Assembly: GCA_937871685.1 (NCBI GenBank)
Contig: CALMOL010000128.1
Coordinates: forward strand, 1 to 40,593
Source: an uncultured Verrucomicrobiota bacterium
GTDB lineage: Bacteria; Verrucomicrobiota; Verrucomicrobiia; Chthoniobacterales; SZAS-18
Length of the DNA stretch: 40,593 nucleotides
Direction of reading: 5' to 3'
Shown: piece after piece, positions 1 to 6,781 of the stretch
How positions within the stretch are numbered: the stretch's first letter is position 1
Layout of the letters: every line of letters begins with the position of its first letter
Position numbers and translations under genes: made by a program
The notes under the pieces: model-generated
Told to the model about the DNA's origin: nothing
Database searches by the model: none
What the model saw: the letters and a program-made list of their open reading frames with translations, nothing else

Positions 1-97
1 CTCCATTTCCCTGCCGCCGCCCCTCGGCGACGATCCCCTCCAGCTTCGCGCGGAGCTGGGCACGGCGCTTTTCTCGCTGCTCTCGCTCGCGCAGGGG

Positions 98-1777
98 ATG
101 CACCTCGACACGCCCGCGCTGGCCGAGTTGGGGCGAGCCATTGGCGAGATGCGCTCGCCGTGGGTCTTCGCCGTCGTCGGCGAGGTGAAGGCCGGCAAGT
201 CGCAGTTTCTCAATGCCCTTTTCGGGCGCGACGTCTGCCGCACCGACCTCCTCCCGGCCACCGACCGCGTTCACCTCTTTCGCCACGCCCTTGAGCCACG
301 CGACGCGGCACCGGACGCGCCGGTGGCGGAGCACTTCCGGCCGGTGAATTTTCTGCGCGACTTCCACCTCGCCGACACGCCGGGCATGAACTCGCTGGAG
401 CCCGGCCACAACGCCGCCGTGGAGGCCTTCCTGCCGCGCGCTGACCTCGTCTTCTTTATCCTGCCCATCACCAATCCGTGGGGCGCCGCGCCCTGGGAGT
501 TCCTCGAGCGCATCCAACGGCGCGGCTTGCAGCGCGTGGTGCTCATTCTCCAGCAGTCCGACCTGCGCGAGGACGCCGAGGTGACCACCGTTCTCACCCA
601 CCTGCGGCAGGTGGCGCGCCAGCGCCTTAGCGGCGAGCGGCCCGTCTTCGCCGTCTCCGCCAAAAAGGCGCTGCTCGCCAAGACCACCGGCCACGACAAG
701 CCGCGCTTGTGGGCCGACTCCGGCTTCGGGCCGCTGGAGGAATGGATCAACCGCTTCCTCGCCGCCGATCCCCAGCGCATCGAGAAACTCCACCGCGCCG
801 CGCTCTCTGCGCTCCTCGAGCTGCGCAGCCTCACCGAGCGCGCGCGCTCCTCCCACCGCCTGCTCGCGGATGACCGCGGGCGCCTCATCGCCGTGGCCGC
901 GCGGATGCAGGAGCTGCTCGGGCAACAGCTCCATGCCATCGAGGGGATCCACTTCGACTTCGACCGCGCGCTGGCCCGCTGCTGGCAGCGTGGGGAGCAG
1001 CTCCTCGCCGAGCGCCTGCGCCTATGGCGCGCCTTGCGCGCGTCCCTCGGCCGGGACGACCGCCGCTGGATCGAGCGCTTCCGCGCCAGCCTCGAGCCGG
1101 GCCTGCGCGCCGCTCTCACCCGCGAGGTCGAGCGCGCGCTGCACCGCGTGCAGACCGAGATGCTGGCCGCGCGGGAAACCCTGCGCGGCCTCGTCCACCA
1201 GTGGGCCACCGAGGCCGCCGCCCCGGGGCGCGACGCCCGCGCGGACCGCGCCTCCGAGGACTGGCTCCTCCAGCGCCGTGGGCGCATTCGCGCGTTGGAC
1301 GAGGACGCCGCTCGCCAGCTTTCCGGTCCCGCGCTGGCGAATGACCTGCGCGATCTTTTCCTCGAGGCCGCCGGCGAGCTCCTCACGCACGGCCCTCGCT
1401 CCTCCGCCCTGCCGGCCGACTCGACCGAGGACCTCGCCACCTCGCTCTCGCGCCGCCTCACCGACCTCGCCCTCGACAGCGCCGTGGCCGGCATGCAGGA
1501 GATTCCCGGCGGCCTGGGCATGGGCGCCTCGCTGATCCGGCGCGTCCGCGTGCTGGACGCCTACCATGTGGCGATGTCCGGCCGCGGTGCCGCCATCGCG
1601 CGCTCGATCCGCACTTTGTTCGAGCGGTTGATCGAGACTTATTACGCGAGCCTGATCCGGTTCACCGCTCCCTTTGAGGATTTCCGCCTGACCGAGGAGC
1701 GCCGCTGGCGCGCGCTGATGGAGCAGCTCGGCGCCTTGGAGGCCACGCTGAGCCGCGCTGCTGCCCGACTGGGATGA
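98..1777 (+). CDS. dynamin-family GTPase (bacterial dynamin-like protein)
   Basis: 559-aa ORF with P-loop GEVKAGKSQFLNALFG, a DTPG motif, and a long helical Arg/Leu-rich C-terminal region. The frame stays open upstream to the window edge, so the true start may lie left of position 1. Confidence 0.7.
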   Translation: MHLDTPALAELGRAIGEMRSPWVFAVVGEVKAGKSQFLNALFGRDVCRTDLLPATDRVHLFRHALEPRDAAPDAPVAEHFRPVNFLRDFHLADTPGMNSLEPGHNAAVEAFLPRADLVFFILPITNPWGAAPWEFLERIQRRGLQRVVLILQQSDLREDAEVTTVLTHLRQVARQRLSGERPVFAVSAKKALLAKTTGHDKPRLWADSGFGPLEEWINRFLAADPQRIEKLHRAALSALLELRSLTERARSSHRLLADDRGRLIAVAARMQELLGQQLHAIEGIHFDFDRALARCWQRGEQLLAERLRLWRALRASLGRDDRRWIERFRASLEPGLRAALTREVERALHRVQTEMLAARETLRGLVHQWATEAAAPGRDARADRASEDWLLQRRGRIRALDEDAARQLSGPALANDLRDLFLEAAGELLTHGPRSSALPADSTEDLATSLSRRLTDLALDSAVAGMQEIPGGLGMGASLIRRVRVLDAYHVAMSGRGAAIARSIRTLFERLIETYYASLIRFTAPFEDFRLTEERRWRALMEQLGALEATLSRAAARLG

Positions 1778-1784
1778 GACGAAC

Positions 1785-1910
1785 GGAGAGGATGGAAGAT
1801 GGAGGCTGGCAGCGAGCGCGGCGAGGGACGCAACGCCGCCGGATCGCGCCAACCCGCGATGCTCGATCAACTCACCCGCTCGCTGCCATCTTCCATCCTC
1901 CATCTTCTCC
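1785..1910. repeat. heptamer-repeat hairpin element (GGATGGA/AGATGGA arms) between convergent genes
   Basis: Left arm ggagaggatggaagatggaggctggcagcgagcg is (imperfectly) complementary to right arm cgctcgctgccatcttccatcctccatcttctcc. It overlaps the 3' end of the Nudix ORF. Confidence 0.6.
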
Positions 1911-2363
1911 GTCCTTCTCCACCTCGATTACCTGCTCATGCACCAGATCGCCAGGCGCGACGGTCACGCGGCCTCGGAAGCGACGGCCGGCAAGGAAGTG
2001 CGGCATCCACTCGCGATCGTCCGCCCACATCTCGTCGTAGGGCAACGCGTCCACCGGGCACCAAAAGGGGATGGCCTCGTCGGTCTCGCGCGGTTCCCCC
2101 TCGTGGCCGCGCGCGAGGAAGATCCCGCAGCGCCACACCTTGTCGCCGCCGAAGTCGAAGACCAGCTCGCCGCGTTGCTCCAGGTCCCGCGGGGTCACGC
2201 AAACCTCCTCCTGCGTTTCACGCACCGCGGCGTCGTGCATGGACTCTCCGGGCTCCGCCTTGCCGCCGGGGCCATTGACCTTGCCCGCGCCAGGGCCACG
2301 CTTCTTGCGGATGAGCAGCAGCTTGCCCTCATGGAGGATGTAGCAAAGCGCGGCGTCTTGCAG
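1872..2363 (-). CDS. Nudix hydrolase (MutT-like)
   Basis: Nudix box GPGGKAEPGESMHDAAVRETQEEV lies in the 1872..2504 ORF. The only in-frame ATG (2504) lies inside a repeat hairpin, so a CTG at 2363 is assumed. The start is uncertain. Confidence 0.7.
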   Translation of the reverse strand: MQDAALCYILHEGKLLLIRKKRGPGAGKVNGPGGKAEPGESMHDAAVRETQEEVCVTPRDLEQRGELVFDFGGDKVWRCGIFLARGHEGEPRETDEAIPFWCPVDALPYDEMWADDREWMPHFLAGRRFRGRVTVAPGDLVHEQVIEVEKDGEDGGWKMAASG

Positions 2364-2366
2364 GGG

Positions 2367-2524
2367 GAAGGGAAGTTGAGGGTTGGGGGAAGAGATCGCC
2401 GTCCGCGGAAACGTGGCGCGGACGAAAAGAGAGAGGGGTGTTGCGAAGGGCTGCCCGCAAGACAGCGCGGCGGTTTCGTTTGGCGCATTTCCCTCAACTC
2501 TCAACTTTCAACCCTCAACTTCAG
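2367..2524. repeat. heptamer-repeat hairpin element (CTCAACT arms)
   Basis: Right arm ccctcaactctcaactttcaaccctcaacttc (2491-2524) is complementary to gaagttgagggttgggg (about 2367-2394). It lies between the mutM stop and the Nudix start. Confidence 0.5.
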
Positions 2525-3357
2525 CTCAGCCTCCTCGGCTGGCACGCCGGGCACCAGCACGTCGTGCGGCCGCCGACGGTCTCGCGCACTAGGCCGCCGC
2601 GGCAGCGTGGGCATTTGCCGCCGTCCTCCCAGCGATGCGGGAAAAGCCAGGAGTCCGGGTATTTCCAGTCGGGCGAGATCACGCGCACGGCGTCGCGCGT
2701 GACGCGGCGGACTGTGCGCCAGAGGTCAGCGACCTCGGCGGGGTCGAGTGACCCAGCCGGGGTCTCGGGATGAAGGCCGGCGCGCCAAAGGATCTCGTCG
2801 GCCATCCAGTTGCCGATGCCGGGGAAGCGCTCTTGCATGAGAAGCACCGCCTTAAGTGGGGCGCGCTTGCGCCGGGTAAGAAACGCACCGAGCGCCTTTG
2901 TGGTAAATTCGCCCGAGAGCAAGTTCGGGGGCAGATCGCGCCACCAGGCGGGATCTTCCGCGCCAGGATGGAAAAGCACGCGCCCAAAGTGCCGAGTGTC
3001 GCGGAAGACGAGCTTCCGGCCGCCGCGTTGATGCAGCACAAGGTGATCATGCTTGCCGCGCTCCCAGGGTTCCGGCGCGCCGGGCTCAGCCACAAGGAGG
3101 TCGCCCTGCATCCCGAGGTGCAGCCCCATGTGTGCGTGCGGCGGGGCGTCCGGCGCGGGGCCGAAGCGAAACAGCATCTGCTTGCCATGCGCCGCCGAGG
3201 AAAGGAGCACCGAGCCGACGAGCGCGCGCTCGAAGGCGCGCAGATCCACGCCGCGGAACACACGCACCTTCGGGCTGGTCGAGAGCGACTCAATTACCCC
3301 GCCGCGGCCCACGTCCCACAGGCGGCGGGCGAGTTCGACTTCGGCGAGTTCGGGCAT
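2521..3357 (-). CDS. mutM: formamidopyrimidine-DNA glycosylase (Fpg/MutM)
   Basis: 278 aa with N-terminal MPELAEVE (catalytic Pro2 signature) and a C-terminal zinc finger CPRCRGGL...CWCPACQ. Confidence 0.9.
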   Translation of the reverse strand: MPELAEVELARRLWDVGRGGVIESLSTSPKVRVFRGVDLRAFERALVGSVLLSSAAHGKQMLFRFGPAPDAPPHAHMGLHLGMQGDLLVAEPGAPEPWERGKHDHLVLHQRGGRKLVFRDTRHFGRVLFHPGAEDPAWWRDLPPNLLSGEFTTKALGAFLTRRKRAPLKAVLLMQERFPGIGNWMADEILWRAGLHPETPAGSLDPAEVADLWRTVRRVTRDAVRVISPDWKYPDSWLFPHRWEDGGKCPRCRGGLVRETVGGRTTCWCPACQPRRLS

Positions 3358-3444
3358 GAGCGGTGCGGGCGAGAGGGCGGCAAGAATAAGTTGCGGTCAG
3401 GGAGTGTCGAGCTAGTTTCCGGGTTCTGCGCAAACGGCTTGAAC

Positions 3445-3516
3445 GCCAGGGTAGCTCAGAGGTAGAGCAGGGGACTCATAAGCCCTTGGTCGGGAGTTCA
3501 ATTCTCCCCCCTGGCA
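3445..3516 (+). tRNA. canonical tRNA with CAT anticodon (Met, or Ile2 if lysidine-modified)
   Basis: Acceptor GCCAGGG/CCCTGGC, D arm GCTC-AGAGGTA-GAGC with GG, anticodon loop CTCATAA, T arm GGGAG-TTCAATT-CTCCC, A73. CCA is not encoded. G1:C72 argues against an initiator. Confidence 0.85.
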
Positions 3517-3840
3517 CTCCCAGAACAGAGGGCCGACGACAGGGTAAAAAGGACAAAGTCTCCATCGGAATCCGCTGCCCGTCGCTGAATCGCGGCGTTG
3601 CCGCAGGTGTCATCAAACATCCACCACAAAAGCCTGAAAGGCTTGGATTCGCCGAGACTGAAGGCGATCTACGTCGCCAATGGCACCATGGCGATCTGAG
3701 TCGGCTGCACGCGACGCGAGGCTCCCGCGAGCCAATTGGATGTCAACATCTGGAATGCCAGACAGCGATAGTGCCGACCGATGATGACACCTGCTGGACG
3801 GTGGGATCCAGGCGAATGACCGGGCGATTGCCGTCGTTTT

Positions 3841-4143
3841 GTGCGAGAGCCATCCATGCGGATCTCCGAGCACATCTTCGAGAACCAAGAAATCGTCCTC
3901 GACTTCGCGGAGTTCAACCACTGCGAGTTCAAGGGCTGCCGGATGAAGCTCTTCGGGCACGGCGACTTCTCGCTGATCAACTGCACGCTCGATGACCGGT
4001 GCCGCATCGAGATCGCGGGGCCGGCGGGCCGCACGCTCGCGATGCTCTCCAAACTCAGGCAAGCAGGCTTTTCCGACTTTGTGGATCGAGTGCTGGAGAG
4101 CGTCCGAAGCGGAAAGATTTCGGACTCGGGGGCCGAACTGTGA
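3841..4143 (+). CDS. hypothetical protein in an AT-richer island
   Basis: 100-aa ORF with protein-like composition (MRISEHIFENQEIVLDFAEFNHCEFKGCRMKLFGHGDFSLINC...). I recognise no family. An alternative start is at 3856. Confidence 0.45.
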   Translation: MREPSMRISEHIFENQEIVLDFAEFNHCEFKGCRMKLFGHGDFSLINCTLDDRCRIEIAGPAGRTLAMLSKLRQAGFSDFVDRVLESVRSGKISDSGAEL

Positions 4144-4391
4144 TGCTCCCCCGGAAGCTTTCGTGTGAGCAGGACTCTGCCTCGTCCGATCATGACACGT
4201 GCCACGGTTCGCGCCGGGAACTGCGTGCGCAACTGGAGATGGAGATTTCCGCGCGGCCACGATCGCGCTCGGTTTATGGAAGATCGCCGGCGCGACCGAT
4301 CACTACGCGGGTTTGCCTTCGCGGGCCTTGATCGAGCCGGCTGGATGTTACATCGCCTCCTTAAACTCATGCGCTAAGAAAATAGTTGCGA

Positions 4392-4437
4392 AGAAATCGA
4401 ATTTCTCTTTGACGGGTTACGTCTGGCCATTTAGCAT
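4392..4437 (+). promoter_or_regulatory. sigma70-like promoter with an upstream dyad
   Basis: TTGACG (4409-4414), a 17-nt spacer, then TAGCAT (4432-4437). It is preceded by the dyad AGAAAT-cga-ATTTCT (4392-4406). Confidence 0.35.
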
Positions 4438-4448
4438 CCGCCACTTCC

Positions 4449-4577
4449 ATGCACGAGATTCTTCAAAGCCTATGCCGCCAGTCGCGCGTCTCCGACGCCG
4501 CGAAGGCGTGGTTTTGCGACCTCGGGAGCGAAATGAATCCCGGTTACACCGTGCCGACGCGCTCCATCTCAGGCTGA
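4449..4577 (+). other. short transcription unit: 42-codon ORF (MHEILQSLCRQSRVSDAAKAWFCDLGSEMNPGYTVPTRSISG) or small RNA
   Basis: The ATG lies about 12 nt after the putative -10 (possibly leaderless). The unit sits between the promoter at 4409-4437 and the terminator at 4610-4640. No homology recognised. Confidence 0.2.
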
Positions 4578-4609
4578 CTCAAGTTCTCGAACTCTTTCCT
4601 TCCGTTGAA

Positions 4610-4640
4610 CCCTGTCAGCCTTCTGGCGACAGGGTTTTTT
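4610..4640 (+). terminator. rho-independent terminator
   Basis: Perfect 7-bp stem CCCTGTC/GACAGGG, an 11-nt loop, then TTTTTT. Confidence 0.7.
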
Positions 4641-4700
4641 GTTGTCCAGCTTTTCCCAGTCTCAACACGATGAAATAACCCAATCCTCCCCACACGGACG

Positions 4701-4739
4701 AAAAAGACCCCCGGAACCAGCGCTAACTGATTCCGGGGG
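4701..4739 (-). terminator. rho-independent terminator (minus strand)
   Basis: 9-bp stem CCCCCGGAA/TTCCGGGGG. On the minus strand it is followed by TCTTTTT. Confidence 0.55.
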
Positions 4740-5073
4740 CGATTCGGACGCAAAATCTAACGGACCTCGCGGGCCTCGCTCGAACTCTTTGTCCACGGCT
4801 AACGTGGCGCTGGAACGGGCAAAGTCAATCGCTCCTTCGGAGCGATATTAGGACCGCTTTGTCTGGGATTTAATTCCCCGCGGGAGGGAACACCCTTTTT
4901 CAATTCCAAAGGCCTTTATAGGAGGTGAGCCTGAATCACCGAAACAGCCGCCGTGAAAAACCTGCGGGCTGGTCCTCGAAAGAGGAGCAGGGGTGTTCAT
5001 TCATTGTTATTTCCGCGTGGGCAGGAGCGAGGCGAAGCCACACCACGGTTGCCCCTCCCCCAGCGCGATGATT

Positions 5074-5147
5074 GCGGTCGTCGTCCAACAGCAAGACGGC
5101 GCGTTGCCAACGCGCAGACCCCGGGGCGGCGCCGGGCGATCGCACCA
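5074..5147 (+). tRNA. tRNA-like, anticodon GCC (Gly)
   Basis: Acceptor GCGGTCG/CGATCGC (one G.T), anticodon arm GCGCG-TTGCCAA-CGCGC, T arm CCCGG-GGCGGCG-CCGGG, A73, CCA encoded. The D-loop has no GG. Confidence 0.6.
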
Positions 5148-5149
5148 AC

Positions 5150-5223
5150 ACGGCGGGCACCAGCTTGTGCGGCGAGGTCTCCAAAACCTTGCCGGCTCGG
5201 AGCAGCACCGAGACGCCGTGCCA
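5150..5223 (+). tRNA. tRNA-like, anticodon CCA (Trp)
   Basis: Acceptor ACGGCG/CGCCGT with A1:T72, anticodon loop CTCCAAA, T arm CTCGG-AGCAGCA-CCGAG, G73, CCA encoded. Confidence 0.55.
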
Positions 5224-5238
5224 GTTTTCTCAAGAAAT

Positions 5239-5314
5239 GGGGGCGCATGTTCCAGAGGGGCGATGCTGCCTTGCAAGCAGCGTGTGGCGGGTGCGAGTCC
5301 CGTCGCCTCCACCA
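5239..5314 (+). tRNA. tRNA-like, anticodon TGC (Ala)
   Basis: Acceptor GGGGGCG/CGCCTCC including G3:T70, anticodon arm GCTGC-CTTGCAA-GCAGC, T arm GCGGG-TGCGAGT-CCCGT, A73, CCA. The D stem is poorly paired. Confidence 0.65.
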
Positions 5315-5323
5315 TTTTTCAAC

Positions 5324-5396
5324 TGCGGGAAGCCCTGGGGGCCAGCCGGTCTCATAAGCCGCGCTGCGCACGGTTCAAATCCGTGTCCCGCAACCA
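5324..5396 (+). tRNA. tRNA-like, anticodon CAT (Met/Ile2)
   Basis: Acceptor TGCGGGA/TCCCGCA, anticodon loop CTCATAA, canonical T arm CACGG-TTCAAAT-CCGTG, A73, CCA. Confidence 0.65.
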
Positions 5397-5413
5397 TTTC
5401 AGCTAATCCCAAA

Positions 5414-5506
5414 GAGGGGTCGTAGGCCCGTAAAGATCGGGCGCTGCCTGTAACGCAGATGCGGCGGACGCCGCCAACGTCGGAGCATTACCGACCGGCC
5501 CTACCA
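5414..5506 (+). tRNA. tRNA-like, anticodon GTA (Tyr), class II
   Basis: Anticodon arm CTGC-CTGTAAC-GCAG, long variable arm GCGGC-GGAC-GCCGC, D stem CCCG/CGGG, T arm GTCGG-AGCATTA-CCGAC, A73, CCA. The 5' acceptor strand is only partly complementary, so the 5' end is uncertain. Confidence 0.5.
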
Positions 5507-5510
5507 TTTT

Positions 5511-5582
5511 AGGTCCGTGGAGGATGAGTTCTCTCACCGCTCTGTCGAAGCGGGGAAGCGGGTGCGAGTCCCGCCGGGCCTG
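5511..5582 (+). tRNA. tRNA-like, anticodon GTC (Asp)
   Basis: Acceptor AGGTCCG/CGGGCCT (one G.T), T8, D stem GAGG/TCTC, anticodon arm CCGCT-CTGTCGA-AGCGG, T arm GCGGG-TGCGAGT-CCCGC, G73. No CCA. Confidence 0.65.
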
Positions 5583-5650
5583 GTCGTCAGGAGGCGCGGA
5601 AGGCCGCGGCCGTGGTCGGGGGGCCACGCCGCGGCCGCGCCATGGCGACA
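5583..5650 (+). other. acceptor-like 7-bp stem enclosing a long GC hairpin (not a cloverleaf)
   Basis: GTCGTCA/TGGCGAC closes a roughly 13-bp hairpin GGCCGCGG(c)CGTGG-tcgggggg-CCACGCCGCGGCC. It is followed by aGTTTTT and may be a terminator or processing element inside the array. Confidence 0.3.
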
Positions 5651-5665
5651 GTTTTTATCTTCAAA

Positions 5666-5738
5666 CGCGCGCGAGGGAGCCAGCGAACCCGCCTGCCTTG
5701 GGAGCAGGAAACGCCCGGCGCCACACCGGGGCGCGCGA
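5666..5738 (+). tRNA. tRNA-like, anticodon TGG (Pro)
   Basis: Perfect acceptor CGCGCGC/GCGCGCG (C1:G72), anticodon arm CCTGC-CTTGGGA-GCAGG (G37), T arm CCCGG-CGCCACA-CCGGG, A73. No CCA. Confidence 0.65.
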
Positions 5739-5760
5739 GATTTCCCAACCGCTTCACCAC

Positions 5761-5843
5761 GCCGGCGTGGCCGAAAGCGAAACCAGACCATGCGCGCCGC
5801 GAAGACCGGCGCGGCCTTGAAGGGGCAATTCCTTCCGCCGGCA
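5761..5843 (+). tRNA. tRNA-like element, anticodon unclear
   Basis: Perfect acceptor GCCGGCG/CGCCGGC, T arm GAAGG-GGCAATT-CCTTC, internal arm GCGCCG-CGAAGAC-CGGCGC (would read AAG with G33). The 5' region is oversized; A73. Confidence 0.35.
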
Positions 5844-5854
5844 GATTCTTCAAC

Positions 5855-5930
5855 GCCCACGAATACAAAGAGACGCGTGACCTGGCCTTCATCCAGGAGC
5901 TAGCCGGTGCGAGTCCGGCCGTGGGCGCCA
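5855..5930 (+). tRNA. tRNA-like, anticodon TTC (Glu)
   Basis: Perfect acceptor GCCCACG/CGTGGGC, anticodon arm CCTGG-CCTTCAT-CCAGG (C at position 33), T arm GCCGG-TGCGAGT-CCGGC, G73, CCA. Confidence 0.6.
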
Positions 5931-5944
5931 TTTTCCTTCCCTGC

Positions 5945-6015
5945 TGCCAGGTGGCGTAACCGCAACGCATCCGGCCCACACCCGGAAGTCCAGGGTGCAA
6001 CTCCCTGCCTGGCAA
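5945..6015 (+). tRNA. tRNA-like, anticodon CAC (Val)
   Basis: Perfect acceptor TGCCAGG/CCTGGCA, D stem GCGT/ACGC, anticodon arm TCCGG-CCCACAC-CCGGA (C33), T arm CAGGG-TGCAACT-CCCTG, A73. No CCA. Confidence 0.6.
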
Positions 6016-6022
6016 GACTTTC

Positions 6023-6093
6023 CGCTTCGTAGCTCAATAGCAGAGCAGCCGGCTGATAACCGGCCGACGGCGGCGCGATACCGCCCGAAGCGA
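6023..6093 (+). tRNA. tRNA-like, anticodon GAT (Ile)
   Basis: Perfect acceptor CGCTTCG/CGAAGCG, TA, D arm GCTC-AATAGCA-GAGC, anticodon arm GCCGG-CTGATAA-CCGGC, T arm GGCGG-CGCGATA-CCGCC, A73. No CCA. Confidence 0.7.
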
Positions 6094-6105
6094 TTTTCCC
6101 CATTC

Positions 6106-6180
6106 CGCTGCGTAGCTTATGCAGAAGAGCGTTGCCCTGAAGAGGCAAAGGAGCCGGTGCGACTCCGGCAGCAGCGGCCA
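6106..6180 (+). tRNA. tRNA-like, anticodon GAA (Phe)
   Basis: Acceptor CGCTGCG/AGCAGCG (6 of 7 pairs), D arm GCTT/GAGC, anticodon arm TTGCC-CTGAAGA-GGCAA, T arm GCCGG-TGCGACT-CCGGC, G73, CCA. Confidence 0.65.
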
Positions 6181-6190
6181 TTTTTTCAAA

Positions 6191-6262
6191 GCGCGACTGA
6201 TGTATCAGCTCGCATGGCGGTCTTCCAAACCGCTCGGCCCGGGGCAGCACCGGGGTCGCGCA
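6191..6262 (+). tRNA. tRNA-like, anticodon TCC (Gly)
   Basis: Perfect acceptor GCGCGAC/GTCGCGC, D stem ATGT/GCAT, anticodon arm GCGGT-CTTCCAA-ACCGC, T arm CCCGG-GGCAGCA-CCGGG, A73. No CCA. Confidence 0.65.
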
Positions 6263-6273
6263 CGTCTTTCCAT

Positions 6274-6346
6274 TCCCGCGTGGCAGATCGAGCTCATGGC
6301 CCCTCCCGTAAAGGGGACCACGCCGGTGCAACTCCGGCCGCGGGAT
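6274..6346 (+). tRNA. tRNA-like, anticodon CGT (Thr)
   Basis: Perfect acceptor TCCCGCG/CGCGGGA, anticodon arm CCCCT-CCCGTAA-AGGGG (C33), T arm GCCGG-TGCAACT-CCGGC, T73. The D arm is poorly defined. Confidence 0.55.
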
Positions 6347-6357
6347 CATCTTTTCAT

Positions 6358-6438
6358 CGGCTCGTGGTTTAGCGGGAACAGCAGACCGTTCCGCCTCAGA
6401 AGCGGAGAGCCTTGGGAGTGCAAGTCTCCCCGAGCCGA
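6358..6438 (+). tRNA. tRNA-like, anticodon CAG (Leu) without a long variable arm
   Basis: Perfect acceptor CGGCTCG/CGAGCCG, anticodon arm TCCGC-CTCAGAA-GCGGA, T arm GGGAG-TGCAAGT-CTCCC, A73. The extra nucleotides sit between the D and anticodon arms rather than in the variable region. Confidence 0.5.
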
Positions 6439-6447
6439 CGATTTCAT

Positions 6448-6524
6448 CACGCGCATGCCAAAGGAGCCGAGGCGGCGGATTGCAAACCCGCTCTTACCCG
6501 GTGCGAGTCCGGGGCGCGTGTCCA
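6448..6524 (+). tRNA. tRNA-like, anticodon GCA (Cys)
   Basis: Perfect acceptor CACGCGC/GCGCGTG, anticodon loop TTGCAAA on a GCGG/CCGC stem, T arm CCCGG-TGCGAGT-CCGGG, T73 (a Cys-type discriminator), CCA. Confidence 0.6.
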
Positions 6525-6532
6525 TTTTCAGC

Positions 6533-6604
6533 GGGGGCGTCGTCCAAGAGCCGGATGCCGCGCCGACATCGCGAAGATCGAGGCGCCAACTCCTCGCTTC
6601 CCCT
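6533..6604 (+). tRNA. tRNA-like, anticodon GAC (Val)
   Basis: Acceptor GGGGGCG/CTTCCCC (6 of 7 pairs including one G.T), D stem GTCC/GGAT, anticodon arm CGCG-CCGACAT-CGCG (C33), T arm CGAGG-CGCCAACT-CCTCG (8-nt loop). Confidence 0.45.
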
Positions 6605-6614
6605 CCTCTTTCAT

Positions 6615-6689
6615 TGACCAGTAGCTCAACAGTAGAGCCGCCGGCTGTTAACCGGAAGGCTGATGGTGCGAATCCATCCTGGTCAGCCA
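6615..6689 (+). tRNA. tRNA-like, anticodon GTT (Asn)
   Basis: Perfect acceptor TGACCAG/CTGGTCA, TA, D arm GCTC-AACAGTA-GAGC, anticodon loop CTGTTAA on CCGG/CCGG, T arm GATGG-TGCGAAT-CCATC, G73, CCA. Confidence 0.7.
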
Positions 6690-6697
6690 TTTCCCAT

Positions 6698-6781
6698 TCC
6701 GTCGAGGCGTCCGCAGCGACGCGGCCTGTGGGATGCGGGGCGAACCCCGTCGCAAGCCCGGGCAACGGATCGGAGTTTATA
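6698..6781 (+). other. GC-rich multi-hairpin spacer (no cloverleaf found)
   Basis: Contains hairpins GCGTC-cgcagc-GACGC and CGGGG-cgaa-CCCCG plus the palindrome GCCCGGGC. I found no 7-bp acceptor pairing or anticodon loop. Confidence 0.25.

Noticed and set aside
271-1521. 416-aa minus-strand ORF, plus other long ORFs overlapping the dynamin-like gene
   Set aside because: It is Arg/Ser/Ala-rich low-complexity text antisense to a gene with clear GTPase motifs. This is a typical open-frame artefact of high-G+C DNA.
4444-4640. Known small RNA (6S, SRP, tmRNA) between the promoter and terminator
   Set aside because: I could not recognise the SRP GGAA/AGCA motif, a tmRNA tRNA-like end, or a 6S-type end-to-end helix by eye. 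An Rfam scan is needed.
4921-5073. Possible additional tRNA-like unit(s) upstream of the first array member (hairpin GGTGA-gcctgaa-TCACC could be a Gln CTG anticodon arm)
   Set aside because: I found no acceptor-stem pairing or T arm. The neighbouring structure is a long bulged hairpin (CCTGC...TCCTC-gaaa-GAGGA-GCAGG). It is left as an unassigned structured leader.
5583-5650. Candidate tRNA-His or tRNA-Sec in the array
   Set aside because: A 7-bp acceptor-like stem is present, but the interior is a single roughly 13-bp hairpin. No anticodon stem could be paired around the only GTG triplet.
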